A stretch of 64,000 nucleotides of DNA, from the sequence record PX246731.1, one strand, 5' to 3'. The position numbers and the translations under genes are program-made. This document shows, one piece after another, positions 45,601 through 54,220 of the stretch. Position 1 is the stretch's first letter; every line of letters starts with the position of its first letter. The notes below the pieces were generated by a model. The model saw nothing but the letters and a program-made list of their open reading frames with translations, was not told where the DNA came from and did not search any database. The DNA is from a phage.

Positions 45601-47441
45601 AAGCTATCCATAGACATGATGTTGTCATACATCTGGATTGCAGCTTCCATTTGAACGTTAGGGTCTTCGGCAGTATTAACCAAGTCAGCCATCTTCTGAA
45701 TAGCTTCAACACGGTTAGTGGAACCAGAAACAGCTTCACGGATTGCCGGGCTAGCCTGTTCCAGTTCTACTGGGTCAAACTTCATTACCTGAGTTAAGTC
45801 AGCAGCATACTGTGTAGCAGCAGCTTTCTCTTCAGGAGAAATGTCCATTGCATCTACTGCTTCCTGAACAGTTGCCTGTGCCTGTTCTGCCTGAGCAGTA
45901 GCTTCTTGTGCAGCAGCGTTAACCGTAGCATCAGATACAGGGGATGCTTGCTCATTACGCTTAGCAACTTCTTCACCACGCTGAACCAGGATGTTAGTAA
46001 TAGGTGAAGCTACTTTCGCTAATGCTTTACCAGCCAGAGAAGCACCAGCCAGGGTAGTACGTACAGCAGGACCTACGGCAGCACCAGCAGCCTTAACAGT
46101 TGCACCAGGAGCTTGAGCAACTCCAGCACTACCGAAGCCATACAGTGCACCAAGCCCGGTTTGTTCACCCACACCTTTAAGCAAATCACGATTAGCATCT
46201 ACATTACCTTGAATTGCTTTGTTCTGTGCAAACTGACTTGTACCAGACTGGATACCTTCTTCTACAGTCTCACGCAGCATGTTAGAACCAGCTCCAGCCA
46301 GTGAACCTACCTTAAGTGGGTTAAGTTCAAACTTGGATACCAGTGGAGCAGTAAGAGCAGCAACTGGAGCAGTTAAGCCAGCAGCAGTGATACCTGTTTC
46401 AGATGCAGTCTGACGACGTGCTTCTTCAGGAGACAGACCATCTTTAATATGCTGTTGGTATACAGGAGATTTAGCAGCCAGTTCACTGAACGGCATTTCC
46501 ATAATTTCATTAGCAGTCTGCTGGTATGCACCACCAGCTTCCATACCACCAATTGCTATAGCAGGTGCAGCAACACGACCAGTAGCTAATGCAGTACGTG
46601 CAGGACGCGAACCTAATTCAGCAGCTAGGGTAATACCCTTAACAGCTTTATCACCACCTACCATTACTTTACCAAGTGCAGATACACCACGGATAAGTGG
46701 ACCACCAGTAAACAATGAACCAACACCCTCAGCCAGACCATCTGTAGCAGCCATGCCATTAGATAAGGTGTTAGCAACAGAATCATAAGCATCACGACCA
46801 ATTCGAGATAGGGAAGCAACGAGTTCACTTTCTCCTTTATCAATATCTTGCTTATAGAGTTTCTCATTCTCCTGAGCAGATATTACGTTCTGGTTCTGTA
46901 CTACATTACGGCGAGCATTCAGTGCATCAGACTGTAGGTTGTGTACACCTTTATTTAACCAGTCAAGACCGGAAGCAGTGGATGCCCCGGCATTATCATT
47001 GACCAAACCTGTGCCAAGAGCAGCAATGCCCCCAAGGGTATTAGCAACACCAAGACCAACACCAGAAAGGGTATCACCAAGTGCTTCACCATATGTACGA
47101 CTCTTAGTTAAATCACGACGAACAGCATTAGCTGCATTGACACGAGCATTGAGAATGTCCATTCCTTGCTCATTGCCATACTTGTTTATGATTTCAAGAG
47201 GAGAGGCATTAGTAAAATCTGCCTGAATAGAACCTGGGTTAAATGCACCAGCACCTAAGTTACCAGCACGGCCTGCCTGTAATTGGTAGGCGTTCTGTGG
47301 GGTTAATTGGAAAGGGTTTTGCCCTTGTTCAGCTTGTTTCCGAGAGGTTGCAGTAGAGACATCGACTTGCTTAGCAGTAGTGATGCTGTCTGCGAAACCT
47401 GCCAGACGGTCAAATGTTGACATAGCATGATTCCTGTTCAA
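36636..47441 (-). CDS. virion-encapsidated RNA polymerase (vRNAP, N4 gp50-like), 3601 aa
   Basis: Single uninterrupted 10.8-kb ORF, the size class of N4 gp50; sits with RNAP II genes and hairpin promoters. Confidence 0.85.
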   Translation of the reverse strand: MNRNHAMSTFDRLAGFADSITTAKQVDVSTATSRKQAEQGQNPFQLTPQNAYQLQAGRAGNLGAGAFNPGSIQADFTNASPLEIINKYGNEQGMDILNARVNAANAVRRDLTKSRTYGEALGDTLSGVGLGVANTLGGIAALGTGLVNDNAGASTASGLDWLNKGVHNLQSDALNARRNVVQNQNVISAQENEKLYKQDIDKGESELVASLSRIGRDAYDSVANTLSNGMAATDGLAEGVGSLFTGGPLIRGVSALGKVMVGGDKAVKGITLAAELGSRPARTALATGRVAAPAIAIGGMEAGGAYQQTANEIMEMPFSELAAKSPVYQQHIKDGLSPEEARRQTASETGITAAGLTAPVAALTAPLVSKFELNPLKVGSLAGAGSNMLRETVEEGIQSGTSQFAQNKAIQGNVDANRDLLKGVGEQTGLGALYGFGSAGVAQAPGATVKAAGAAVGPAVRTTLAGASLAGKALAKVASPITNILVQRGEEVAKRNEQASPVSDATVNAAAQEATAQAEQAQATVQEAVDAMDISPEEKAAATQYAADLTQVMKFDPVELEQASPAIREAVSGSTNRVEAIQKMADLVNTAEDPNVQMEAAIQMYDNIMSMDSFINRDPGALANLEQGSPAANIVDQFSGLMANVQNTPKVLRAFRAIHSMIQEQAEAGKLKATEKANQAQANNIAMAADMSPEVLDADSVNMVLKHASEGKITLGNRQRAALQSAAALLQGAREFDAKAEELGLRPQDIVSKQIKTDESRSNEGQYSALQHAKRIRSAYNSGNFDLASAYLDDFMKFAQHMQNKVGALNEHLISGNADKNKSVHYQALTPSREWVRSRTGLGVNPYDTKSVKFAQQVGLEAKTVADIANALATAYPELNVSHVKVTPLDSRLDKPAAQVVKEFRQGNLDAAQSQQTNEPVNQVDEAPVIKQEPVTPTVQTKPSVSEAVKTEPTIKESKPQTVKEPENQSEKQDIVEQPTESERDSYVKENTISQDTLNKYGDRRDSPWLFADGTVVGSNGDHISLSDVFGHDGYRDMSLDTGAVRSTFYKGSEQPFVSLQLFDNQKLTAEQFNTVQSFVEANNALIQIGVDTSGLNTNNVEKEEVSLAQLKADYTVGGKPLSGMEAVFPVYNNEKTPNQFLKAFSLPEEPKSRTIGSESPLTDVKKALSSAARFEAFTQKENNALTSDVIKRYQDLFEFGETLKTTLSDRLAKFLANKNVGKRFAEGTEANRWVGGKLLNIVEKDGDTFKFNDQLLETAVLAGLQWRLTATQNAAIKDMQDVAAITGVNASLLPEGILAEFENAQTLVEATNSLAQKIESYWGLNRNADAPLGYTKGIPMAMATEILSSLIEMGEVKESMLDVSEIDPESNKTIGLYTIEKLDDTDAINKFPTAIEEAVLVEPVEKLYFGDDIPPVAHTQLRNPAVRNTPEQKAALKAEQATEFFVHTPMVQFYEALGKDRILELMGAGTLDKDLLNKNHAKSLEGKNRSVEDSYNQLFSVIEQVRAQSEDISSVPIHYAYNMTRVGRMQMLGKYNPQSAKLVREAILPTKATLDLSNQNNEDFSGFQLGLAQALGIKVHKMTRETMSEELTKALEGKLKPAVDMMVEFDKSGYLPTDAVNILTTSLGNDKSFVALMALMEYARYLNSDDRANFNTPLYVEADGVTNGPINAMVLMTGGKFTPNWIKNTAKGGLFFGKAGKTMNEHHTQEDSVDLYEASTNSLQFYLNELRNAYSKNIPVINQMDHLQKLMDLFIKDFNLNEDGTLDLKRGIAKNPLTITIYGSGARGIAGKMVSAITDTIYERLSDVLKARAVDPNISPAMAMFGKEAASEADAQAMLDTFLTSMKALTGNIPAKRKGKLFIKEVDGVLTGKLDPQEFTVSGDALKNLQENMLHFFVEPMRQGIRFTVGDGLMQSTENLQKATQIQSLVLQDMFQQAVQAKLAEKEKDPTWKKGDFLTQKELNEIQNSLAPLAPMIETGSQTFYIAGSENTDVANQVLATNLDDRMRVPMSIYAPSQAGVAGIPFMTIGTGDGMMMQTLSTMKGAPKNTLKIFDGMNIGINDITDASRKANEAVYTSWQGNPIKNVYESFSKFVKNVDLNKLSDSAIDAIAKSALDFEQRTHIARVDGDRDYKISMIKDSGIALIERNLRNIALGVDIRHKVMDQVQVTVDQMAAVGAPYVNNGKISLEGLTVDQQVAKLNELFDAELNKRRDAVRAAKAEPVKEVPAMEQVGRVLKSGVRLLSNTAITKLAKEMSPEQQEVLKEIQKSLAAKDYKVVYGTPSQLDAYAIEKNITRPAPEDIEAAEAGNAYGWTNFEDKTIYLVTPSLETLVHELVHASTFESVLAHYEGTPNEAVQNIEDLMNQFRALDVNDESPAVREAYADALNTINGHLSNGFIEPAMAKAAALNEYMAWGLTNRELISKQKKTTALKTMVQAVYEAIKRLVFGRKKAPANADDMFSGLLFNSAVVMRGQAPTAAVAKDTTLFHNKAYGDNTRLEELGKTFDKLITNYIGSEPVQQVIRKGKFSDAVVNATKVTRDVQAHGFTMNMQEQRLFTNIVAALATEAAINPAAMARAQEYYTHVTKNLTVEAFMADPDSTNPADRYYAQQKFDTIMGANNIEFDAQGRSSLLPTFVGLAMVSEEVRKVLADIPVMKADKKSGNTVDAMLTNIGTAAMASLNARVAGDTKATNVQEGMDALAQTIMQTSLNAESFYDSVATPTGNAIDRANQYLVDSIDVLSTRALEGAREVAANTKNPLVKGAAHAAQLVAAIATEKNGSIVAEGVMAAMNQGKVWQPFHDLVNDIIGRTKSNASVYDLIKAVRAQVQADRQQFREHLPTTIAAKFSRKLTNDEWKAMHTGMGKTDLAVLRDTMSLDEIRDLLTDQKIVDREVNKLEADLQKQAGRNWPLINRKSKQLAQYMINGTVGNNLLRNATAISRLLGERKTTRSVVDVAQLDKLITLYALEAMNKIDREMLSSLAQTEIEGMDFATSYLVGQRKDEMAKAKSDSRATLNQYKGYIPGETKQGVNLIVAEDSQFADLIEKSYVRLGTYQGSSANRGSARSYYFAPVQAQAPFSQGILQNVRNTAGGVDLGTGFTMGTMVAGRITDKPSVDRITKALARGERGNEPLLPVYDANGNVVAYEQSIDPNMLKHIEGENHLARAIGVWRGRQVEEAKAQRFNDMLIENLHSMYENDIKMSASNKSQYVNLLGSKLDPVTADALKLMNSETRQKAESLFGPGELWVRRDMLNDALGYRAASVGDAWSGNSRWSPETLDTFKKAMLGVFGNRAYKYVMGGENLVQNLVKEAKTLIVVKSVVVPAVNFLANLYQMVARGVPVKNIAKSIPQKTAEINQYLKSRLRQVDAEAELRAATNPNQIRKLKAEIQSISDSHKRLSIWPLLEAGEFSSIADAGIGRDDILITEGKLHEYMDKLADKLPKSVRNAGRYALITKDTALFQGIQKTVEYSDFIAKAIIYDELTQRKGKTREEALGRVTEEFINYDRLPGRFRGYMESVGLMWFYNFKIRSAKVAVSMIRNNPVHAAMAMLAPTPTMFGNVGLPIQDNIFSIAAQGNLGYSFGFGQGLRAHTLNPWLNLTN

Positions 47442-47490
47442 ACTTATATCGTATAAGAAGATTCACTGTACAGTAAGTGAATGTAAGAGA

Positions 47491-47510
47491 AAAGCCCCGG
47501 ATGGGGCTTT
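47491..47510 (-). terminator. hairpin AAAGCCCC-GGAT-GGGGCTTT between virion gene and vRNAP gene
   Basis: 8-bp stem read by eye; downstream of the 47527 stop on the minus strand. Confidence 0.45.
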
Positions 47511-47526
47511 ATTAGTATGTAAGATT

Positions 47527-49473
47527 TTATCGAGGTTGCATATAGGGAGGTAAACCCTCTGCCAATTTTCGATAACGTTTAGCTCGTTCTTCATCTTCAC
47601 GACTACGCTCACGTTCTACTGAAGCATTAGAACGGAAGTTCTGTGGAACCAGGTTTCCTTGGTTAGCCACCACAGTATTAACAGCAGCATCAAGTGCAGC
47701 ACGTGCTCTTGCTAACTCAGCCTCACGAGCAGGAATAGTAGCAGCAAGTCCACTTTGCCCAGCAGCCACACGACGACGAGTATCAGCAAGCAAGGCTTCT
47801 GCTTGTGTTACCTGGTTCTGAGCATTTTCAATATTACCCTGTACCTGAGTAAGAACATTATCACGAGCAGTAGCTTCAATACCTTCTCCACGTCGTACTG
47901 AACGTGCTAGTTCTCTGGCAACGGTATCATCAATACGAATACCATTACCACCCTCGTTAGAAATGAATGGGTTAATAGCATCTAGTGCTCGACTAATCAT
48001 ACCTTCAGGTACGTTGGTAGTAGACTGCTTAAGAATCTCAGCAGCTACAGCAGGAGACTGCCCGGATTCCTGCATAACATCATTAAGTCGAGCTATCATC
48101 CATCCTTTCTCAGAACCTTTGAAAGCATCCTTAAGAAGACGGTCTGCTACTTCACCAATAGTAGAGTTGTCACGCAATGCACGGGCATAGTTAGCAGTAA
48201 TAGTTCCAGTATTATCTTCAGACTGGCGAGCAGCAACTGTATTGCCTGCCATGTTTGAGACTACTTGCTGGGTCTGTAACTGTTCAAGAGGTGCACCTAC
48301 TTCTGCCTGTGCAATTAACTGACGTGCTTCACTCCATGGCATATCCTTATAACCACCAACACCCAAGTCAGGCAATGCAGCCCAAGTCTTAGAAAGGTTA
48401 CCACTCTTACGGTCATTGAAGATTGCTTCAGCTATTTTGTCCTGTACTTCAGGAGTCATTTGCTGATTACGCCAATCTGAACCAAGCACCTTAGGTGCAT
48501 AGTCTTCCAGAGTAGCTTTATTAATCTGAAATGCTCCTACAGGGGAATGACCTTGTGACGGGTTATTAATCATAGTTTGTTGATGATTAGTAACCTCACC
48601 CAGTGTCATTTCAGTAATAGGCTTATCAGTAGCAGCAAAGGTATATGTTGCATCATAAGGAGAACCAGAACGAGTACCAGCAGTTCCCGGAGCAGAGCCA
48701 GAAGGAGACACAGCATAAGTACCCGGGAATCTCTGATTCACACCTCGCATGATTGCAGCACGTACACCAGGAGAAGCATTCTGCATAGCAGACTCTGCCA
48801 GTGTAAGAGCATCCATAGGTGTAGAAGCACTACGGAAAATGTCTGTCAATATACCGGATGCAGCTTGTGAATCAGCATCATTACGTTGAGCCACACCCAA
48901 ATCAAAACGGTTCTGTGCTTGGTTAATAGCCTGACCACCTTGCCCTTGAAGACGACTCAGCATATCCAGTTGTTGATCAGCAGGGAGTGTAGACAGTGAC
49001 TCTCGGGTTTGTCCCAATGCAGAATTAATACGGTTCTGGTCACCGGACTGATAAGCCTCAGACAGCAATCGAATAGCTGGAGAAGCATTATCCAGTGCAG
49101 AGTTAACATCCTTTAAGCGACCAAAGTTATAAGCATTGAAGTCATTGATTCCCTGTTGACCTTGCTGAGTCAGAAGTGTACCTGCTCGCTCATCCAGATT
49201 CTGAAGGGTATGTTGGTTTACCAATGAAGGGTCAACCCCCTGAAACAGTGCACCAGATGCCAGAGCATTACGATACTCAGTAGGGTCTTGATACTGCATA
49301 GCATTCATCATGACGGCATTGCCAGCCTCCTGCTTGGCAGCGTTCTGGAAGTTACCCAGTGCATCACTTAAGCCGGAGGTGGCGTTACCAATCATGCTTC
49401 CAAATGTGCGAATGCTGTCACCAACTCCGGAGAAGTTAGGTGCATCAACATTACGCCATGTAATTTGAGCCAT
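47527..49473 (-). CDS. virion protein with possible lytic transglycosylase-like segment (648 aa)
   Basis: SPVGAFQINKATLEDY resembles the G-x-x-Q SLT motif; position next to vRNAP suggests an ejected internal protein. Confidence 0.45.
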   Translation of the reverse strand: MAQITWRNVDAPNFSGVGDSIRTFGSMIGNATSGLSDALGNFQNAAKQEAGNAVMMNAMQYQDPTEYRNALASGALFQGVDPSLVNQHTLQNLDERAGTLLTQQGQQGINDFNAYNFGRLKDVNSALDNASPAIRLLSEAYQSGDQNRINSALGQTRESLSTLPADQQLDMLSRLQGQGGQAINQAQNRFDLGVAQRNDADSQAASGILTDIFRSASTPMDALTLAESAMQNASPGVRAAIMRGVNQRFPGTYAVSPSGSAPGTAGTRSGSPYDATYTFAATDKPITEMTLGEVTNHQQTMINNPSQGHSPVGAFQINKATLEDYAPKVLGSDWRNQQMTPEVQDKIAEAIFNDRKSGNLSKTWAALPDLGVGGYKDMPWSEARQLIAQAEVGAPLEQLQTQQVVSNMAGNTVAARQSEDNTGTITANYARALRDNSTIGEVADRLLKDAFKGSEKGWMIARLNDVMQESGQSPAVAAEILKQSTTNVPEGMISRALDAINPFISNEGGNGIRIDDTVARELARSVRRGEGIEATARDNVLTQVQGNIENAQNQVTQAEALLADTRRRVAAGQSGLAATIPAREAELARARAALDAAVNTVVANQGNLVPQNFRSNASVERERSREDEERAKRYRKLAEGLPPYMQPR

Positions 49474-49485
49474 GATGGTTTCCTA

Positions 49486-49929
49486 TTAACGAGTTAGCTT
49501 ATTAGCTGCAATGTAAGCATCAGCTGAAGACTGGTCACGGTTCTCTGCTGTAGCACGACTACGAGCACGGTCTTCTAGTGCAGTGTTATAAGACTTAATC
49601 TGGTTATTCAGGTTAGTGTTAGTAACACTCTTAGCAAAGTTCAACTGGTCTTTGGCTAACTTATTAGCCTGGAAACCACTGTAGATATTAGCTAATGAAC
49701 CAAGTGCACCAAGCCCTAACTGAAAGGTAGGTACGTTTAGGCCCAACTGATTAGCTGAACCAGACATGAAAGAAGTAGGGGAAGATGCCCCTAAACTCGT
49801 ACCCATACCAATAGCTGCACCAGGGTTATAGTTCATAGCCGGGGTATTAAAGTTCTGATTGTTATTAGACATCCAAGACATAGCAGCTGGCTGTGGGGTT
49901 TGGTTGCCTGTTAAGAATGACAAATCCAT
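49486..49929 (-). CDS. virion structural protein (147 aa)
   Basis: ORF in late operon; Gly/Ser/Asn-rich. Confidence 0.5.
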   Translation of the reverse strand: MDLSFLTGNQTPQPAAMSWMSNNNQNFNTPAMNYNPGAAIGMGTSLGASSPTSFMSGSANQLGLNVPTFQLGLGALGSLANIYSGFQANKLAKDQLNFAKSVTNTNLNNQIKSYNTALEDRARSRATAENRDQSSADAYIAANKLTR

Positions 49930-49942
49930 GGGGATTCTCCTG

Positions 49943-52597
49943 TTAAACTAGGTCAGTATTAAGGGTCATGTCAGAGTAGTTGCCAATCATGTCTAGAGAC
50001 AAGTCAGCTATATCTGAACCAGTCATAAGAGTACGTGATAAGAATGAATCCAGTGACTCCATTGACACGAATTGCATTGGGTCAATTACACCCTGCCCAG
50101 CAGTACCAAACATTTCTTCATACTGCTTATTGATTGCCATCATATCAGTATTGTACTGCTGCATTACTTTCTCTGCTTTCTGAATAGTAGCAGCCGTAGA
50201 TGCATTAATATACTGACTAATACCATTACCTACCGAACTGGTAAGCTGCATGATGTTTTGGGCATTCATCATCTCACCTGCTAGGGTGGATAAGGATGTA
50301 CCAGTAGACAAAGCAGTACCAACATTCATAGCTACCAATGAAGCAATAGCAGCAATGATAAAACCTAGCTTATCTCCGAACAGTGCAGTGGATACTTTTG
50401 TAGTAATGGATATCAGAATCATTGCAGCAATAGCATTTGCTACAGCACCAACTATTACAGCAGCTAATCCAACAAAACCAAGAGAAGCACCAACTGCACC
50501 ATATGCTCCAAGTATACCTGCACCACCAGCACCCATAGTGAATACGGATACAACGACAGCAACTACAACAACCACAATCTTAAAAGCAGATGTTTGATAC
50601 CACTTCTGCTTAACCTTCTTATATGAGTTCATCACTAAGTAGGAACAGGCAGTGGATAACTGAGTACTTCGAACCAGTGACATTGAACGGTAGATGTTAG
50701 TATGTAGTGGAATAATGAATCCACTCTCCTCTGCATCACCCATTGCTTCGGCAACATCAATGTGCACTGACTTATTCTTATATACCCTGTTATTGTGGTT
50801 TAGACCCAGTACCCTGAGTTTACGGTAAGTGTTATTACCATCCTGCCAAAGCAACTCATACTCCTGCATCGAATAGAATGTATATGTTACTTCAAGTTTC
50901 TTAGCAGAACCGGAGTTAGAAGCTGTCCTTATGTTCTTGCGAGTAAGAGTTATATCTCCTGCATACCTGGCTCGAAGTTGTCCTTGCTTAGCACCAGACC
51001 ATGCTTGTCCTGAGTGAGTAGTTTCGGATACATAGTTCCAGCCAATAGTCATGTCATATTTGTAATGCTTATTACTATGTACCCTAAACTCTCGCTTAGG
51101 TATGACTGGATATTCTGGAAGTGGCGGGGGAGTTCCAATAGTATGCCCTTCAGTCCTGTTCCACCATTCTACATATGCATCAACTGCATCATTAGCTGCC
51201 CGATAACCTGCAATTACTGCTTCCAAAGTTGGGTAGGTTGGGTCAGGTGGGAATGCTTCAGTAGCCATCTGAAAGAAACGGTAGATGTATTCCTTAGCAG
51301 TATCCTCTGGAGTATTAAGAGATACACCGAATGTGCCATAAATGTACTGAATATCACCAATATCCTTATTCTTCTTAAGTTCTGTCACTACCTTATCAAT
51401 TTTTCCACCAGTAGCTTTATAAAGAGCCTTTTTACAGTGAGGGTAGATTGAGTCATTCTCTACCCATTGCTTGTCATTCCTGATTGGAATGAATGGATAG
51501 AATCGGTTATCAGTAGCCTCAGTTTCAAACAGTGAATCTAGTGCAACGTTACCAGAGTTCTGCTTATAGATAAGCATCTTAGGTGTACCAACAGCAGTCA
51601 TCTCAGTATCAGTACGAGTAGTCTGAGATGAGTACTTACGAACCAATGTCTCTGTGGTTGTAGTAATTGTATCAGTACGAGTAACTCCACCACCTATATC
51701 AACTACATTGGTAGTTACATTAGTACTGGATTGAACCTCACCAAACTTTTTATGGGTCATTACCCTGTCAGATACAACTACAGTCACATCATCAGGTTTC
51801 TCAGTGAATCCTCTACGGTAAACCTTAACGTAAGAGTTCCAGTTATCCACACTTGGCTCAGTGACAGTACTATCTTCATCTGGTCTGCCATCAGAGTAAA
51901 CAGAATGAGTATGTATAGTCTTAATAAGGTTGGTTGTATTAGCCGTCGTATCGCTTGAAATGGTAGTCCATAACAAAGTGGAGGGTAAGTCATCCTCATC
52001 ATCATAGACAGTAGTCGGTCCTACTACAGGTGGATTAATAGAAGGGGATTTGTAAAAAGAGTAATCAGCATAGAGATACAAAGCACCTGGTTCAAAGTTA
52101 GTAGGTGTGAATTTAATAGTAGAACCTCCATCCAAGGAGGTCATAGTAATTTCATTGGTATCTTCATCAATGTCGATGTCGAATCGTTCCATGATTCGAC
52201 TTGGAGCATTCTCATAAAGATACTGGTCACACCATTGTTCAAAGTCAGCAAAGCCAATCTCTGCTGCCTGAACGTAGACAGACTCTCCAGCAGGTGGTGT
52301 AATTTGACCCTCTATAACAGTAGGGTCAATCTTAGCCAGTACACCTAATGAAGAACCAGCCATGCCAACTTCTGAATCATAGTGATTCTTACTCCAGCTG
52401 GAGAACAGTCGCATACGAATACCCGGCCCATTCAGATAACTATCAGAGATAGTGTCTGCCATAGTGAATCCTGTATTTGAAACGATATTGCCTATGACTA
52501 CAGTCTTCATATAGTTAGGGCGTTTATGTATATCCCCTGCCATGTTATAGACAGAGGATGCTACGTATACTTTGGTCTTCCCACTGAATAAGCCCAT
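49943..52597 (-). CDS. virion protein with C-terminal membrane-spanning Gly/Ala-rich helices (ejection/channel candidate), 884 aa
   Basis: C-terminal region has three or more hydrophobic segments (VVVVVAVVVSVF, ILGAYGAVGASLGFVGLAAVIVGAV). Confidence 0.5.
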   Translation of the reverse strand: MGLFSGKTKVYVASSVYNMAGDIHKRPNYMKTVVIGNIVSNTGFTMADTISDSYLNGPGIRMRLFSSWSKNHYDSEVGMAGSSLGVLAKIDPTVIEGQITPPAGESVYVQAAEIGFADFEQWCDQYLYENAPSRIMERFDIDIDEDTNEITMTSLDGGSTIKFTPTNFEPGALYLYADYSFYKSPSINPPVVGPTTVYDDEDDLPSTLLWTTISSDTTANTTNLIKTIHTHSVYSDGRPDEDSTVTEPSVDNWNSYVKVYRRGFTEKPDDVTVVVSDRVMTHKKFGEVQSSTNVTTNVVDIGGGVTRTDTITTTTETLVRKYSSQTTRTDTEMTAVGTPKMLIYKQNSGNVALDSLFETEATDNRFYPFIPIRNDKQWVENDSIYPHCKKALYKATGGKIDKVVTELKKNKDIGDIQYIYGTFGVSLNTPEDTAKEYIYRFFQMATEAFPPDPTYPTLEAVIAGYRAANDAVDAYVEWWNRTEGHTIGTPPPLPEYPVIPKREFRVHSNKHYKYDMTIGWNYVSETTHSGQAWSGAKQGQLRARYAGDITLTRKNIRTASNSGSAKKLEVTYTFYSMQEYELLWQDGNNTYRKLRVLGLNHNNRVYKNKSVHIDVAEAMGDAEESGFIIPLHTNIYRSMSLVRSTQLSTACSYLVMNSYKKVKQKWYQTSAFKIVVVVVAVVVSVFTMGAGGAGILGAYGAVGASLGFVGLAAVIVGAVANAIAAMILISITTKVSTALFGDKLGFIIAAIASLVAMNVGTALSTGTSLSTLAGEMMNAQNIMQLTSSVGNGISQYINASTAATIQKAEKVMQQYNTDMMAINKQYEEMFGTAGQGVIDPMQFVSMESLDSFLSRTLMTGSDIADLSLDMIGNYSDMTLNTDLV

Positions 52598-52598
52598 A

Positions 52599-53441
52599 TT
52601 AGTTCAGCCCGTTGTTAGACTTCAGCTTGGTCAGAATGGTATCAATACTTGCGTTAGTGAAGCCATTCGGTGGGTTCAAGCCTTCGTCAATAGTCTTCTG
52701 AGTAATCCATGCATCAGTAAACAACTTAGATGCTTTAACCTCTGCATCACGTTGGTAAGAAGTAATCTGTTGAGAGTACAACTCTTTCTGTTTACCTACA
52801 GAACCCTTAACTACTGCACCATCAGTACGAGTGTCCAGCGTCTGTGCACGTTGTGCTTCTGTCTGCTCAGTAAGCAATTTAAGCTGTTGGGGTAACATCT
52901 GACTAGCATTAAACAATGCAGCACAGTATGTCTCAGACTCAGTAGCAATCTTTAACTTAGTAAGTGCATATTCACTCTTAGCAGACAGTGCCTGAAGCTT
53001 AGCCAGTACAAACTGTGCTTTAGAAGTTGCCAATGTAACACGTGCAGTAACTGCCTGAATCTGTGCCAGTGCAGCAGCCCAGTATGCCTGGTCACGACCA
53101 AGTAAGAACTGAACAGCATTACTCATGCAAGATTCCATCATAGCAATATATGCTTTGGTATATTCACCACCCGTAATACGGTTAGCTTTAAACTCAGCTT
53201 TAAGGTGATTATGTGCAGATTCCATTAATGCATCAAACGTACCACTACCACCTACTTCACGGGTAGTAAGGGATTCATTGGTTATTTTAGTAATAGCACC
53301 AAAGATTGGAGAACCATCTCCACCAGGGATATCCCATTCAGGACCAGACATATCAATATCAGGAAGGGTAAAGTCATCACCCTTAGTTAGCTCTTCTAGG
53401 AGTCGGTTAGCTTCTACCTCAGCAGAACAAGACATAATCAT
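52599..53441 (-). CDS. virion structural protein (280 aa)
   Basis: ORF in late operon, coiled-coil-like sequence. Confidence 0.5.
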   Translation of the reverse strand: MIMSCSAEVEANRLLEELTKGDDFTLPDIDMSGPEWDIPGGDGSPIFGAITKITNESLTTREVGGSGTFDALMESAHNHLKAEFKANRITGGEYTKAYIAMMESCMSNAVQFLLGRDQAYWAAALAQIQAVTARVTLATSKAQFVLAKLQALSAKSEYALTKLKIATESETYCAALFNASQMLPQQLKLLTEQTEAQRAQTLDTRTDGAVVKGSVGKQKELYSQQITSYQRDAEVKASKLFTDAWITQKTIDEGLNPPNGFTNASIDTILTKLKSNNGLN

Positions 53442-53511
53442 TCCTCTTGGTTCAAAAAGAAACGGCCCACGGAGTTACCCCAGTGAGCCGTGTTGAACTG
53501 TAGCTTATACG

Positions 53512-54153
53512 TTAATCGTTAAGGCTACCAGCAGCAATCTGTGCTTGAGCCAGCTGAGCCAATTCTGCTTCAGTCAACGGAGGCAGTACTTCAATGGAGA
53601 ACTCACGTGCTTCTGTTGCACGGATGTCCGGTAAGCCATTCTTACCTTTACGGGTAGTAATGTTAATGAACTTACGTTCTTTAAGGAACTCGTAGATACA
53701 GTACGGAATATGATAACCATTGTCCGTTACTTCACCGAACGGGACAAACTTACGTACAGTACCCATATATTCGTTAGCTACGGTGATAATTTCACCCGGC
53801 AGGTCTTTCTTCTTAGGATCAAGGTTCTGGATACGTACACGAATCAGTCGAGTCTGTTCTGCACGAATCTTCTGACCCAGGGTCATCTTCTTAACACCAA
53901 CTTCCTGTTTTTCACCAAGGGGGTTAACAGCAGCTTCCTCTACTACTGGTTCATCTTTTACTTGTGCAGCTTCAATCTTCTCACGAAGCTTCTCAACGGA
54001 AATGTTGTTAGAGAACTTAATATTCATCAACGTTGCACGTTGCTTAAGAACTTCAAGTTCGCTAGGCATTGCAATATCGTTAACGGTATCTTCGTTGCCC
54101 TGTACGTTTACTTCTACGTCAGTGGTCGGTTTATCGTTAATGCTCATGTTCAT
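53512..54153 (-). CDS. hypothetical late protein (213 aa)
   Basis: ORF directly downstream of the major capsid gene. Confidence 0.5.
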   Translation of the reverse strand: MNMSINDKPTTDVEVNVQGNEDTVNDIAMPSELEVLKQRATLMNIKFSNNISVEKLREKIEAAQVKDEPVVEEAAVNPLGEKQEVGVKKMTLGQKIRAEQTRLIRVRIQNLDPKKKDLPGEIITVANEYMGTVRKFVPFGEVTDNGYHIPYCIYEFLKERKFINITTRKGKNGLPDIRATEAREFSIEVLPPLTEAELAQLAQAQIAAGSLND

Positions 54154-54182
54154 ATTTCCTGTGGTTCATTTAGTTTTATTAA

Positions 54183-54204
54183 GAGGGGGACATAAGTCCC
54201 CCTT
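54183..54204 (-). terminator. GC-rich hairpin after the major capsid gene (possible partial terminator)
   Basis: GGGGGAC-ATAA-GTCCCCC stem immediately after the MCP stop; weak U-tract on minus strand. Confidence 0.4.
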
Positions 54205-54220
54205 GTTTTATTTCGGACTA

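Noticed and set aside
37863-46304. Many 60-140 aa ORFs on the plus strand inside the vRNAP gene (e.g. 44793-45209, 45405-45797)
   Set aside because: All are antisense to one continuous 3601-codon ORF
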